From positions 44,578,001 to 44,642,000 of the forward strand of contig NC_135886.1 of NCBI RefSeq assembly GCF_964194155.1: 64,000 nt of DNA, given 5' to 3'. The notes under the pieces are model-generated. The model did no database searches and was not told the DNA's origin. It worked only from the letters and a program-made list of their open reading frames with translations. The position numbers and the translations under genes were made by a program. This document shows, piece after piece, positions 12,075 to 25,603 of this stretch (the stretch's first letter is position 1; the number at the start of each line of letters is the position of its first letter). Source of the stretch: Cetorhinus maximus (lineage: Eukaryota).

Positions 12075-13980
12075 CATTGAAGCTTGGACCACTCTGGAGA
12101 AATCCTGCCGTACTTGGCATGATGTGTGGCAAGATTTGTGGTGGTGTGCTGCATGTTGCACAACCTCACCGCCATGAGGGCACAGTCCAGTCAGTTATAT
12201 GGTGATGAGCTGAGGAGAAGCAGGAGGTAGGGAGGAGGGAAGCAACCCAGCCACTTTCTGGCTGGGCTGTCAGTAATTCACTCATGCGACTGTGGCACTA
12301 GGAAACACAACGCAATTCCCCATTCACCAACAGTCCCGCAACTTACCTTCGCTCTGTCACTGACTGTCACAAGTGTCCACTTGACCACAATTCAAAATAA
12401 AAGCACCACAAAATAAATCAAATATATAAATCAAACTATGCCACATTAATACAAACTTCATTTGTTCACTCTTGTGCATTCCCTTAGTTCCTGTTTTCTG
12501 TGAGCCTTTGCCTGTTCTAGTGCTCCTTCTCAAGCTACACCAGTTGCTGCAGCATGGCTGGTGGAAGGCTGATGACTTTCAGTGGGGGAGACAGCAGTTG
12601 GACTTGGAGGTCGGCCTCAAACAGCTCTGGCCCTATCAGGCCCAGCTTCGAACTGCACCATCTCAGCAAGGTGGGTCTGGTCTGGCCTGGCTGACTGGCT
12701 GAATGGATGACAGCGAGGAGCCTGGTGAAGTGGCAGTGATGGAGGATGAATGCTGTCATCCTGAGACAGGACAGCAGATTCATCCATGGAGCCATTGCTG
12801 CTCACCCAGGCTTGTGGCTCACCAATCCTGGTAATGTGTTGAAGGGCAGATTGCTGGAGGGCTGTGACACACTGCAAGTCCCTTTGCACACTGATAGCTG
12901 CAGCCCTGCTGGTAGCCTGCTGAGCTTTGTTGCAGCAAGCTATGCTTGTGTGATTCCTGTCTGAGCTTCCGCTGCAGGACTCAACCGTTAGGTGGTTTCT
13001 GCTTGTGCTGCAGGGGAAACTGAGGCATCGGCCAGCAGACGTTGCATCGTGGAATGCAAGTGTGCTAATGGAGTGGGCTTCCATTTCCACACTGGAAAGG
13101 TTGGGCTCCAAGCTCTGCTCAAAGTTCTGCCCCAAGTTGGTGCTAACCTCCTCCTTGTTCCATGAGATTGGTTCCAAGCTTTCTTGCATCCCTGCCAAAG
13201 CACCAAATGTTTCATTGTGCATATTCATCAGCCTCCTTCTGTAAGGCTGTCCCCTTGAAGTACTCATCTGAGCCCTCTGCAGCAGAGCTAATTTGCAACC
13301 TTGCCCTTGATGAGCTGGCTCCAACATTTCCCTTGTTCCCTTCCCTGGCTGCAGGCCATTTGTGCCCATGTCTTACCATGCTACCCCCTAAAGAAGGCAC
13401 AGTGTCGGTATCTGAACTGGTGGCTGTGAGTGTGAGAGCGAGTCATAGTGTTTCTTCATCCTCGCTGTCTCCCTGTTCTTCCACCTCTTTCTCTTCTACC
13501 ACTGCCTGCTCAGGTTTCAGTTCTTGGGTGTCTGAAAGGAGAAAGGTGCCAGGGTAGGATTGTGGTGCAGGGAGCAGGGGGTGCATGATTACACCATCGG
13601 CAACCTGTAATTCAGAAGAGATTGTGGGATGAGGGGGAATTGAGATGTAAGAAGGAGGATTAAGCATGAGGATACCATAATCTTCAATTATTTCAGCCCT
13701 GCTGCTAATCACAGCATTAATCATTGCAGCTGCAATGATGGCGAGCATGGTCTCCTCCATGGTGGTGGTGGAGTGGGTTTGGGGGTGGGGGGTGGGGTGG
13801 AGTCTGTAAAGACATGTAACTATGCCTGTCCTTGCTGATTAGGTACTGCTGTTGTGTGCCAACTTGTCACTGAGTATGGTGCAATGCATTTGGGTGATAT
13901 GCCTGTCATGGTTGAATAGATGGCACTGTGTTCAAACAATGAGATGTGAGTTTGAGGCTTGCATTAGTGCTAAGTAGGGG
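12075..13980. mobile_element. Harbinger remnant: transposase C-terminus (+) convergent with Myb/SANT gene 3' exon (-)
   Basis: 12080-12180 (+) reads LDHSGEILPY..CVARFVVVCCMLHNL, a HARBI1-like C-terminus. 12460-13545 (-) is an acidic/low-complexity exon similar to 44075-45110 and 27754-28716. Confidence 0.7.
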
Positions 13981-13984
13981 TGAT

Positions 13985-14140
13985 GGTGGCATTGTGGTAC
14001 TATCACTGGGCTAGTAATCCTGAGGTCCAGATCAATGCTCTGGGGATGTAGGTTCAAATCCCACCATAGCAGCTGGTGGAATTTTGCTAATTAATAAATT
14101 TAGAATGGCGTCAGTAATTGTGCTATGAAGCTACCATTGA
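13985..14140 (+). mobile_element. tRNA-derived SINE (family A), 5' part
   Basis: A box ggtggcattgtgg; B box ggttcaaatccc. Confidence 0.7.
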
Positions 14141-15354
14141 TTGATTAACCTTAATGCATCACAAAGCTGGCATTACCTTCTACCTCAGTAACACTGAATC
14201 AAGTGTAGCCAAATCATATTCAGAGAGATAATGATGGTTTTTAATAAGCTTCATGTATTCTAGTTTTTTGATGTATTAAGGTTAATCTATCTTGGGGCAT
14301 TATTTATAAAACAGACCGTGATGGTGACTGCAAGATAATGTTTCATGTATCATACACTTGCAATCATCTAAGGTATTCATTTGCTGAGCTAAGTGCTTTC
14401 ATTGTTTTTTTGGGGGGGATGGAGGGTGGGAAGACTTTGGCTTTAGTTCATAGGTCTACGATTTGCAAAGGCAACATGGACCTGTTTTTAAGTTCCACTT
14501 TATTAATAACAAGCGAAGCATAGAAAAATAAAGAAAATTAATGGATTTGTCCCCCATGAACAAGGGTGTGTAATAAATGTGCAATTGTAATAGGCAGCAG
14601 TCCTTTTCATGTTTGCGTAATCTTAGATTAATATCCGGCCTGTCTCCATGAAATCATAATTATCGTTGAGTGGGCTGAAGCTTTCTTTTATTTTTGAGTT
14701 AACAATTAATTTAAGTGGGACGTGTTTTGTAAACACAGAGTCATTGATTGGACAACGGTAAACAACTGTAAGATAATGCAGCATGTGCAGTGATAACAGA
14801 TAACCATTGCTGTGGATGGATCAAACAAGGATTAAAAAATGAATTGAAACTGAAATGGTGTGCCTTGAGCAGGATGGTGTTCAATGACAGCAGCACCGTC
14901 ACTTTTGAAAAAGATTGAAGTCCGAATTTATAACCAAAATTACACTGCGTTTAGCTTTGTCAGCAAATCTTATATAATTAAAGTCTTGCACCTAGTGCCT
15001 GTACAGGATCGTACTTTTCCAAGTCAGCACAACTGAAAGTGCAGCCTCAGAGATATCACACATCAAAATGTCACCCTCTGGCTATGACGCCTCAGTGTAG
15101 GGATAAACGACATGATTGATTGGGGAGCGGCAACCTGGAACTCTCCCCCTCAAAAAGGCTGCTGAGACGAGGTCAATTGAAAACTTCCAAATTGGGCGTG
15201 ATAGATTTTTGTTACGTAAGGGAATTATAGGTCAACAAGCTAAGATGGGTAAATAAGGTTAAGATACTGATCAGCCATGATCTAACTGAATATCAGAACA
15301 AGCTCTAGGAGCTGAATGGCCTACTCCTGCTCCTATCTTCCAATGATTAGTTCA

Positions 15355-15652
15355 ATTTTTTAAATATACGTTCATGGGGTGGGGGCATCGCTGGCTAGGC
15401 TAGCATTTATTGCCCATCACTAATTGCCCTTGTTCAGAGAGCATTTAAGAGTCAACCACATTACTGTGGGTCTGGAGCCACATGTAGGCCAGACCAGGTA
15501 AGGATGGCAGATTTCTATCCCTAAAGGACATTAGTGAACCAGATGGGTTTTTACAACAATCGACAATGGTTTCATGGTCATCATCAGACTTTTGATTCCA
15601 GACTTTTATGGAATTCACATTTCAGCATCTGCCATGGTGGGATTCGAACCCA
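15355..15652 (-). mobile_element. tRNA-derived SINE (family A), body; head displaced to 18540-18595
   Basis: B box gggttcgaatccc (reverse strand) at about 15638-15651; remainder matches family A. Confidence 0.8.
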
Positions 15653-15654
15653 TA

Positions 15655-18539
15655 AATAAAACCGAATAAGAGCATAAGAATTAGGAACAGGAGTAGACCA
15701 TTCGGCCCCTCGAGCCTGCTTCGCCATTCAATAAGATTATGGCTGATCTTCTTGTGTTTCGATTTCCACATTCCCATCTACCCCCAATAATCTTTGCCTA
15801 ACAAAAATCTTTCTACCTCTGCCTTAAAAATATTCAATGACCCCGCCTCCGCCATCCTCTGAGGCAGAGAATCCCAAAGTCGCACAACCCTCTGAGAGGA
15901 AAAATCTCCCCTCAGCTCTGTCCTAAAAGAGCGACCCCTAATTTTAAAACAGTGCCCACTAGTTCTGGACTCATCCACAACAGGAAACATCCTTTTGACA
16001 CCTACCTTGTCAAGGCCGATCAGGATCTTGTATACTTCAATCAAATCACCCCTCGCTCTTCTAAACTCCAGTGGAAACAACCCCAGTCTGTCCAACCTTT
16101 TCTCATAAAACAACCCACTCATTCCAGGTATAAATCTAGTACACCTCCTCTGAATTGCCTCCAATGCATTTACATACTTCCTTAAATAAGGAGACCAAAA
16201 CTGCACACAGTATTCGAGGTGCGGTCTCACCAATGCCCTGCATAACTGAAGCATAACATCCTTACTTTTATGATCAATCCCTCTCAAAATAAAGCATAGC
16301 ATTCCATTAGCCTTCTTAATTACTTGCTGTACCTGCATACTAACTATTTGTGACTCATGTACTAGAATACCTAGATCCCTCTGCACCTCAGAATTTGCAG
16401 CTGTTTTCCAGTTAAGTAACGCTCTGCTTTTTTGTTTTTCCTGCCAAAGTGAACAACTTCACATTTTCCCACATTAAACTCCATTTGCCAGATCTTTGCC
16501 CACTCACTCAACCTATCTATATCCATCTGCAACCTCTTCATGTCCTCTTCACAACATACTTTCCTACCTATCTTTGTGTCATCTGAAAATTTAGCTACCA
16601 TGTCTTCATTCCTCTCATCTAAGTCATTGATGTAAATCGCAAAAAGTTGAAGCCCCAGTACAGGCCCCTGTGGGACTCCACTCATCACATCCTGCTAATC
16701 AGAAAAAGACCCATTTATGCATACTCTCTGCTCTCTGCCAGCCATCCAATCTTCTATCCATGGTAATATGTTACCCCCTACACCATACACTTTTATTTTC
16801 CGTAATAATCTTTGATGTGGCACCTTATCAAATGCCTCTGGAAATCCAAGTACATCTACAGGCTCCCCTTTACCCACTGTGCACTTTACTCCTTCAAAAA
16901 ACTCCAATAAATTGGTTAAACATGATTTTTCTTTCACAAAACCATGCTGACTCTCCCAGATTGCCTTGAGCTCTTCTAAGTGCCCAGCTATAACCTCCTC
17001 AATGATCAATTCTAATAACCTCCCCACAACAGACGTCAAGCTAACTGGCCTATAGTTTCCTGTTTTCTGCCTCCCCCCTTCTTGAGTAGAAGGGTTATAT
17101 TTGCCACTTTCCAGTCTGATGGAACCTTTCCAGAATCTAGCAACTTTTGGAAAATTAACACCATCTCATCGACTACCTCATTAGCCACATCTTTTAAGAC
17201 CGTAGGATGTAGTCCATCAGGACCCGAAGACTTGCCAGTCCGCAGCAACACCAATTTGCTCAGTACCATTTCCCCCGTGATTTCAGTTTCACCAAGTTCC
17301 TTTTTCCTGTTCACCTCCTGATTTGCAGCTATTACTGGAATGTTTTTTATATCCTCTATAGTGAACATAGAAGCAAAATATTTGTTCATTTCTTCCGCCA
17401 TTTCCTTATTATCTACTATTAACTCCCCTCTGTCACTCTCTAGAGGATCAACACTCACTTTACTTACTCTTTTCTTTTTTAAGTACCTGTAGAAACTCTT
17501 GCTATCCGGTTTTACATTTCTAGCTAGCTTCCTCTCATACTCTAATTTCTTTCTCCTGATTTACCTTTTAGCCATTCTCTGTCATTCTTTGTATCCTGTC
17601 CAATCATCTGTCCTGCCACTCATCTTTGAGGAGTTGTATGCTTTTTCCTTAAGTTTGATGCTTTCTGTAACTTCTTTAGTTCACCACGGATAGTACGTCC
17701 TCCTTTAAGAATTTTTCTTTATAGTAGGAATGTACTTATTCTGAATACTCTCTCCTTAAATGTCTGTCACTGCTTCTCTATTGATCTATCCTCTAGCCTA
17801 GTTTCCCAGTTCACTTCAGCTAGCTCAGCTTTCATCCCCACACAGTTGCCCTTATTTAAGTTTAAGATACTAGTCTTAGACCTACTCTTCTCCCTTTCAA
17901 GCTGGATGTAAAATTCAATCATATCGTGGTCAATGCTACCTAGCGGTGTCTTTGTTCTGAGGTCATTTATTTCACAATACCAAATCTAATATAACCTGCT
18001 GTCTGGTTGGTTCCAGAACATGCTGCCCTAAGGAAGCATTCTAAGAACTCCTCATTCAGGCTACTACTGCCAATCTGATTTTTCAAGTTTATGTGTGGAT
18101 TAAATTCACTCATAATTATTGTCGTCCCTTTATCACAAGCACACACTATTTTCTCTTGAATACTTTGTCCTACACTTTGGCTACTGTTAGGCGGCCTGTA
18201 GACCACTCCCACTAATGACTTTTTCCCCTACTATTCCTCATCTCCACCCAAACCGATTCTACATCCTGATCTCCTGAGCCAAGGTCATCTCTAACTACTG
18301 CACCAATACCCTCTTTGATAAACAGTGCTACCCCTCTACCTTTACCTAGCTTCCTAGTCTTCTTGAATGTCATGTACCCCTCAATATTAAGGACCCAACC
18401 TTTGTCGTCCTGCAGTCATGTCTCTATAATTGCTATCAGATCATATTTATTTACTTCAATGTGGGCCATCAATTCATTTACTTTGTTATGAACGCTACAT
18501 GCATTCAGATAGAGAGCCTTCAGTTTTGTCTTTTTGTTA
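15655..18539 (-). mobile_element. CR1 LINE, nearly complete but disrupted ORF2 (APE + RT)
   Basis: ORF pieces: GVVYRPPNS (endonuclease), [61 protein letters not shown]. Multiple frameshifts; 3' tail near 15665. Confidence 0.95.
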
Positions 18540-18595
18540 CCAGAGCATTACCTGGATTACAAGTCCAGTGACGATACCACTATGCCACCATCTCC
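18540..18595 (-). mobile_element. tRNA-derived SINE (family A) head
   Basis: Reverse strand ggtggcatagtggtatcgtcactggacttgtaatccaggtaatgctctg; continues at 15652. Confidence 0.75.
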
Positions 18596-20765
18596 CACTT
18601 TCCTGTTAATTTACCATCGTTAGAAAATGATAATGGTGGAGGACAGACCCCACTGGGAACTTTCACTATCTAACCAGAAACGTGGTTGAAACTTGTGACA
18701 AAATGGTGAATTATTTCACCATAAGAGAGGTCCAGTGTACGAAACTTCAGGAATGGTGTGGTGATTCAGGGATCAGGTAAATGAGAGGAGATTTAGGGCG
18801 GGAGGGATAAACAAACAGGTATTTTTGTACTAAAGATGGCCACACAGATGAGAAATAACTTTTTAAAGGGCCAATACTTGACAGTGATTGATGCTAAAGG
18901 GAGGCAGTGATGAGGAGCTGTAAGAAAGCATCTGTGTGAAGCAGGTAGTAAAGGAATCCATAATGACAAGCCAAAATTAAAAAGGATACATGAAAGGAGA
19001 ACAAGTATTTAAAATGAATTCCTAATGGAGCAAAGGTTACAAGGGGTGGGTGGGGGGTGGGGGTGGGGTGTGGGTGGGGTGGCGCCAGAAAGTAGTAAAA
19101 GTAAAAAACTGAGCATCTGAAATAATAATGTGAAACTTAAGGAGGGGAAGTAGGAAAAATAAGACTTAGAGGGCAGAATCCAAGGAAAGTAGAATGAAGA
19201 TGGCAGCTATGAAGTGTGGATGCTTATAAATGAGACAGTCAGATATAATAATCGCCTAAGGAGATGAAGACACTATCTGTTGTTCAGTAAACTTACTGAT
19301 GCCCTTAGAGAGCAAGGCATGGGAACTTAACGAGGGCGGGCAAAAGCAGGAGGATTTTTGAGGCTGAGTGGATAGTATTAGACTTGGTATGTAGGCAATC
19401 TCAGGACAGTGAGATGGGCAGATTAACATTACAGAGATTGACCAATCAGCAGTGAGGCTGGAGACCAGGATAAAACGGCGACGATGATATGGATTCAAGT
19501 GTTGAAACCAAGGAAATGGGGATGCTGGAAGAATTAAGGTTGGAAAAACACACAAAGTAGGAAAGCTTCCCAGCAAGATTGTCAATGCATTATCCAATGC
19601 TGCAGAAGAAACCAAGCTCTCGACTAGAATATAAGATAGGGCAGCCTGGCAAAAAGACACATGTTGCAGGTCACAGAGAAACTGTGGTGACTGGGGATTA
19701 TTTTCTTAGGAAGGTAGATGTTTATGTGTATGATAAATGTAAGGCCCATGGGATGGTGAATTAGCTACCTGGGTCTACAGCAGTACACAATGGGAAAAGG
19801 TTAGAAGGGATACTGAAGGGGACAGAACCAGTATTAGTAGTGATAGTTCCTACAGGGATAAACATCGTAGGGAGAAGTATTAAAGGAATCTTAAATTGGC
19901 TTGGAATAAAGAAATGAGTTGCAAAGGAATCTTCTCTGGTAGACTTCAGAAAAAGCAGGGCACAATCGCTAAACAAGAAAAGGCTATATTTATCCAGTTC
20001 ACCTTCTACTATTCTGATAGCCACGTGATACAGCAATAAAGGAGTTATTGGCTATCATAGCAATTAATGTCTGACAATTAGTCTGCACCAGATACGAACA
20101 AAAATGAGGTATAGGTGAATGCCTAGCAACCGGATGTCAAACAGTACTGCTAGCTTTATAACTAAAAAGAACTGATACTGGAAAGACAGCATCCACTAAA
20201 TCAAACAGGAACAAAGAGATTTGCAAGAAGCAGTAACAATCTAAAATCATTCAAAATGGACAGGTGGGGTGGGAGGGGAAGGGAGGCAATGGGATTTCAA
20301 ATGAGACAGGCTGTATAATAGAAGATTAACAGTGGGTAGTTATGGACACAAAAATCTGCAGAAATGTGCATGTACCAAAGACCAGTAAAAATAGCTGATA
20401 CTGGGAATATGAGAAGAGCCAAACCTGCAATGAGATGTTGATGCACAAATGCTAGATGTATTAGAAATAAGATGTTGGAACTGGAGGGTATTTTGGCAGC
20501 GGGGTTGTGTAATGTAGAGGGAATATCAGAAACTAGCTAAACCCAGGAGATGGAAATAAAACATTCAGGAGTATAGACTGTTCACAAAGAGCAGGACATA
20601 TAGAAAATGAGGTAGTGTAACCATATATATCAGAGACATCTAAATAAAGTTGATCCCATGGGAAGGGAATAAACAAAATTAACTGCTGTTGATTGACACC
20701 TATACTTGTTGTCAGCTACAAGCCACCAGGTCAACACAAGAAAAAGGAAAAAAAGGCAAAAAAAA

Positions 20766-21200
20766 GGCTTGGATTTCAATCTACCTTTCGCAACCACAGG
20801 ATGCTCCAAAGCCCTCTACAGCAAATGAAGTATTTTTGAAGTGAAGTAATTGCTGTAATATAGGAAAGACAGCAAAGAATTTGTGCACAGCAACCTCCCA
20901 CAAACAGCAAAGTGACAGTGACCAGATATTCTGTTTTAGTGATGTTGATTGAGGGATAAATACTGGCCAGGGAACTGGGGATAACTCCCCTGTTCAATGA
21001 TGTAATGGAATCTTTTATGTCCACCTGAGAGGGTAGACAGGGCCTCAGTTTAACATTCCATCTGAAAGACAGCATTTTTGACAGTGCAGCACTCCCCCAG
21101 TACTGCAATGGAGTGTCAACTTTGATTTTTGCTCTCAAGTCTTGGTATGGGACTTGAACCCACTATCTGACTCCCAGTCAAGAGTGCTACCCACCAAACC
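20766..21200 (-). mobile_element. DeuSINE (SacSINE1-like), near full length
   Basis: B box gtgggttcaagtccc, Deu-like ctcaggtggacataaaagattcc...ctggccagtatttatccctcaatcaacatcac, L2-like tail. Confidence 0.75.
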
Positions 21201-22269
21201 ACCATATATTCACAACAAAGCCCTAAGAAGGATCAATAAGAACAAGAAAATTATCTTATGGGCTACTTCAATCAATCGAATGGAAACTGGAATAACTCAA
21301 GTGGCTTACAGTCAGTTATAGTAAATGTGACATATAACTCCTTCATGATCCAATGTATTAAGGAAGCCACAAGATACAGCGTTCATCTTAATGTGATATT
21401 CATAGAAGACCCAGAAAATGTATAGGAGATAGAAGTCATATCTCCACAGGGGCAATAATCAGCATGATAAAGTTTAACATATGGTGATCAGTTATTCAGA
21501 TATACTAAAGACCAAGGTCCTAGTTTATAATTTTAAAGAAGAAGTATTCAAACAACTGACTTTGAGGAGGATGTTACTCAGTACTTTAGTAGAGGGTAAG
21601 TGGAACACCTTTAAAGGAATAATGCTAAGCACACAAAATGAGTACATACATAAGATCAACAAGATCAGACTAAACAAATATGATCCTAGATGGGCTAACA
21701 AGTAAACTAAAAATGAGATAAAGAGATAAAATGACTTTCACAAGTCTTGCAGGGAGAAAGGAGAAGGAATTAACTTGGATGAATACATAACAATTCAGAA
21801 ATTAGCTGAAAGAGTGGTCAGAAGAACAAAGAAATTTAGAATAGGAAAGCTGCAGAGAAAAAATATAAGATTGGATATTTTCACAGTCGTACTGTGGCTG
21901 TTAGAGAACAGGCGAGAACAACAAATATGCAAAAAAGCATCAAACTAAGCCTGAACATGAAACAGCAAATATTAGGAATGATTGTTTTCTCAAAGTATTC
22001 TCAACGAAAAAAATAAACAACACACCCTGCCCCTAAAAAAGACAACCAAGGCAATATCCTGGACTTTGATTTAAATAAGTCTGAGAAAACTGAATATAAA
22101 TAAGTCACCAGAGATTGAGAGAGGTTGGGGAGAGATTTGAGAGGTATTGACAATCAATATGAGTGAATTGATGGATTCTGAGAATCTATCAGTAGATTGG
22201 AAACAGATTAACGTTGTGTTCATATTCAAAAGCAGCGACGAAACAGATGGTGAACTAGCCATTAGTCTT

Positions 22270-23935
22270 ACATCATACAGGGATACATCCTCTCAGCATC
22301 TACCTGTCAAGCTCCCTCAGAACCTTAAATGTTTCAACAAGATCACCTCACATTCATCTAAATTCTAAAAAGTATAGGCCAAACCTGCTCAACCGTTCCT
22401 CAAAAGATAACTTCTTCACCCCGGGAACCAATTAGTGAACCTTCTCTGAACTTGATTTTTTTGAAAAAATACTTTATTCATAAAATATCTGAAAGAACAT
22501 TACAAAACATTTCTAAATCGCCATCGCAAAAAGTGCAATCAGATTCAACTTTTACACGGGTCACGAGGTGCTTCAATACAATCAATGTATATTACAGTCA
22601 TTTCAATATGGTCATTACAGACAATCAGACAGTGCAACGGTATTGTAGTTATCAACATAAATCATGTTGCACTCTGAGGTGCTTCAATACAATTATAATG
22701 CAATTAGTATTCACTACATACATTTATTGTGAGCCGTACAGCCCAAGGGGTCTATGCAATTCCCAGTCCCTTGGTGCACTATGCCAGAAAGGTCTTAGTC
22801 AGCGACCTTTCCCCATTGGGAAGCTTTAGTGCGTCCCTCACCACGTAGTCCTGGACCTTTGAATGTGCCAGTTTGCAACACTCAGTCGGGGACAACTCTT
22901 TGTACTGGAAGACCAACAAGTTTCGGGCAGACCAAAGAGCGTCTTTCACTAAGTTGGTGATCCTCCAGCTGCAATTGATGTTTGTCTCGGTGTGTGTCCC
23001 TGGGAACAGCCTGTAAAGCACAGAAACCTGTGTCACAGAACTGCTCGGGATAAACCTCGATAGAAACCACTGCATCTCTCTCCAGGCCTTCTTTGCAAAG
23101 GCACAATCCACAAGGAGGTGAACAACGGCCTCGTCCTCACCACAGCCACCTCGAGGGTAAAGTGCAGAGAGGGTGAGACTCCTGGTGTATTGGAAGGATC
23201 TGATGGGGAGGGCCTTTCTCACCACCAGCCAAGCTACACCTTGGTGCTTGTTGGAAAGTTCTGGCGATGAGGCATTCTGCCAAATGACTTTGACAGTCTG
23301 CTCGGGGAACCATCCGACAGGATCCACCATCTCCTTTTCCCGCAGGGCCTCTAGGATGTCACATGCTGACCACTGCCTGATGGACTTGTCGTCAAAGGTG
23401 TTTCTCTGCATAAATTTTTCCACGAGGGACAGGTGGTATGGAATGGTCCAACTACTTGGAGCGTTCCGCGGCAGCATGGCCAGACTCATCCTTCGCAACA
23501 CCGGGGACAGGTAGAACCTCAGCACGTAGTGACATTTGGTGTTTGTGTACCGAGGGTCTACGCACAGCTTGATGCAGCTGCACACAAAGGTGGCCATCAG
23601 GATGAGGGCGATGTTGGGCACGTTTTTCCCCCCCTTATCTAGAGGCTTGTACATTGTGTCCCTGCGGACACGATCCATTTTCGACCTCCAGATAAAGTGA
23701 ATGATGGCTCGGGTGAACACCACCGCGCAGGAGTGTAGAATGGGCCAGACCTGCGCCACGTACAGCAACCTTCTCTGAACTGTCTCCATGTAAGTATATC
23801 CCTCCTTAAATAAGGAAGCCAAAAATGTATGCAGTATAATCTAGGTGTCTTCTCACCAATGCCTTATACAGTTGTAACAAGATTTTCCTATTTTTATGTT
23901 TTATCCCCCTTACAATAAAGGCAGAGATTCCATTA
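22270..23935 (-). mobile_element. CR1 fragment split by a Tx1 insertion
   Basis: CR1 sequence at 22270-22452 and 23767-23935 is contiguous across the duplicated AACCTTCTCTGAACT. Confidence 0.75.
22453..23766 (-). mobile_element. Tx1/L1-clade LINE, 5'-truncated
   Basis: ORF2 C-terminus (IHFIWRSKMDRVRRDTMYKPLDKGGKNVPN; zinc-knuckle region GCGEDEAVVHLLVDC; DALWSARN), AATAAA and A-rich tail near 22455-22480, 15-bp TSD at 22438-22452 and 23767-23781. Confidence 0.9.
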
Positions 23936-24664
23936 AATTCCAAGCTGTAAGGATTCAGAGGGACTTAAAAAATTAGCTGAATGGAACCACATGGCAGATA
24001 CATGTCAGAGGATTCATGCGGGTGTGCAGTATTGGGTGACGTGTCCCAGGGCTCATGATTAGGAGCACTGTTGTTTCTGATTTACATCTGTGATTTGGAT
24101 TCAGAAATTCAATGCAAATTGGTCAAATGTGCAGATGAGACCAAACCAGGAAGGGTACAGGAACTGGAGGAAGCAGTAGCAGAAACGACAGAACATACGA
24201 ATGGGTGAAAGAATGGGAGATAAATGTAAATTACTGCACATTGGAAGTAAAATTGGACACTCCATGAATGGTGCTGAAATGACACAGGGTGAAGCTGAGA
24301 GAGACCTAGGAGCCTTAGCAGAGTCAACACTGAAGGTGTTCAATCAATACAGAGCAACAATCAACGAATAAGGAAATGTTGAATGGCATAACCAAAACAG
24401 CAGAATTCAACTCAGAAAAATCCATGATCAAGCTATCAGTGGTCTGTTCAAACGGCACCTCTGTGTCTAGTTTTAACCATCTAGAATCAAAACAGGTATT
24501 TAAGTGATGGAGGCAGTAGAAAGAAAAGCCACCAGGGTGGTCTGTAATATCAGAGATCTGATTATGGGGAAAGGCTAGGAGGAATTTTCAGGAGGCAATT
24601 GGAATGGATTAGGTTATGGGCAGAGCACGTGTCAGTGGGGAGTTGAGACAGCATGAGACCTGAT

Positions 24665-25170
24665 CATACGAATGTACGAATTAGGAACGGGAGTAGGCTA
24701 CTCAGTCCCTCGAGCCTGCTCCGCCATTCAATAAGATCATGGCTGATCTGAATGTAACCTCAACCTCACATTCCTGCCTACCCCCAATAATCTTTCACCC
24801 CCCTTGTTAATCAAGAAACTATCTAGCTCTGCCTTAAAAATATTCAAAGACACTGCTTCCACTGCCTTTTGAGGAAGAGATTTCCAAAGACTCACTACCC
24901 TCTGAGAGAAAAATTTTCTCATCTCTGACTTAAATAAGTGGCCCCTTATTTTTAAACTGTGACCCCTAGTTCTAGATTCTAGATTCTCCCACAAGAGGAA
25001 ACATCCTCTCCACATCTATCTTGTCAAGACCCCTCAGGATCTTAAAGGTTTCAATCAAGTCACCTCTTACTCTTCTAAATTCCAGTGAAAACAAGCTTAA
25101 CCTGTCTAACCTTTCCTCCTAAGACAACCCGCCCATTCCTGGTATTAGTCTAATAAACCTTCTCTGAATT
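24665..25170 (-). mobile_element. CR1 LINE 3' fragment
   Basis: SRTRGHSLKIRGHLFKSEMRKFFSQRVVSLWKSLP plus CR1 3' UTR. Confidence 0.9.
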
Positions 25171-25603
25171 CTGTCCAAGCCCAGAAAGCTTTCAGGTTGT
25201 GGATCATAAAACCCGACACTGAGGGATCACGAACTGGGACTTTGACCTATTGCTTGCTGTTTGTCGCCATTCTAGTGACATCAACAGTAAAAATGACGAC
25301 TATATATAGCACTTCATCATGTCTCTCCAATACTTGGAATTGCACTCTGATATGACACTTTCTTGGTAACATTGGGCAGAATTTTCTTCCTGTTGGGAGG
25401 GTGGAGCTGGAGAGGGCCACGGGCGAGTCCACATTGCCATTTTGCGTGGGCGGACTAATTAAGGCCCACGCAGCGTATTTGCCGACTCTCATGAATAGCG
25501 ACAGTGTGCGGTCTGTGGCGGGCATGCACAGACTGCCGGGTCCAATGGTGACCAGGCAGTCTGTTTAAAGAAAGGCCTGGCAGCCTCCTGTAGGCTGCTC
25601 ACA

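Larger units (their letters stand above)
19600..24580 (+). mobile_element. Old, highly decayed CR1-like LINE (ORF1 esterase + ORF2) with nested insertions
   Basis: VVTGDYFLRKVD...MVN*LPG (SGNH esterase-like ORF1) at about 19680; endonuclease remnants 20420-21450; DWKQINVVFIFKS at 22197; C-terminal remnants 23940-24580. Confidence 0.65.

Noticed and set aside
13985-14065. tRNA gene (also 37335, 52803, 63872)
   Set aside because: A/B boxes continue into SINE bodies; no complete cloverleaf.
19043-19082. G-run tract with G4 potential (also 13775-13800)
   Set aside because: Common simple sequence; nothing indicates function.
22779-23822. 347-aa host gene
   Set aside because: CR1/Tx1 junction read-through with no promoter or splice evidence.
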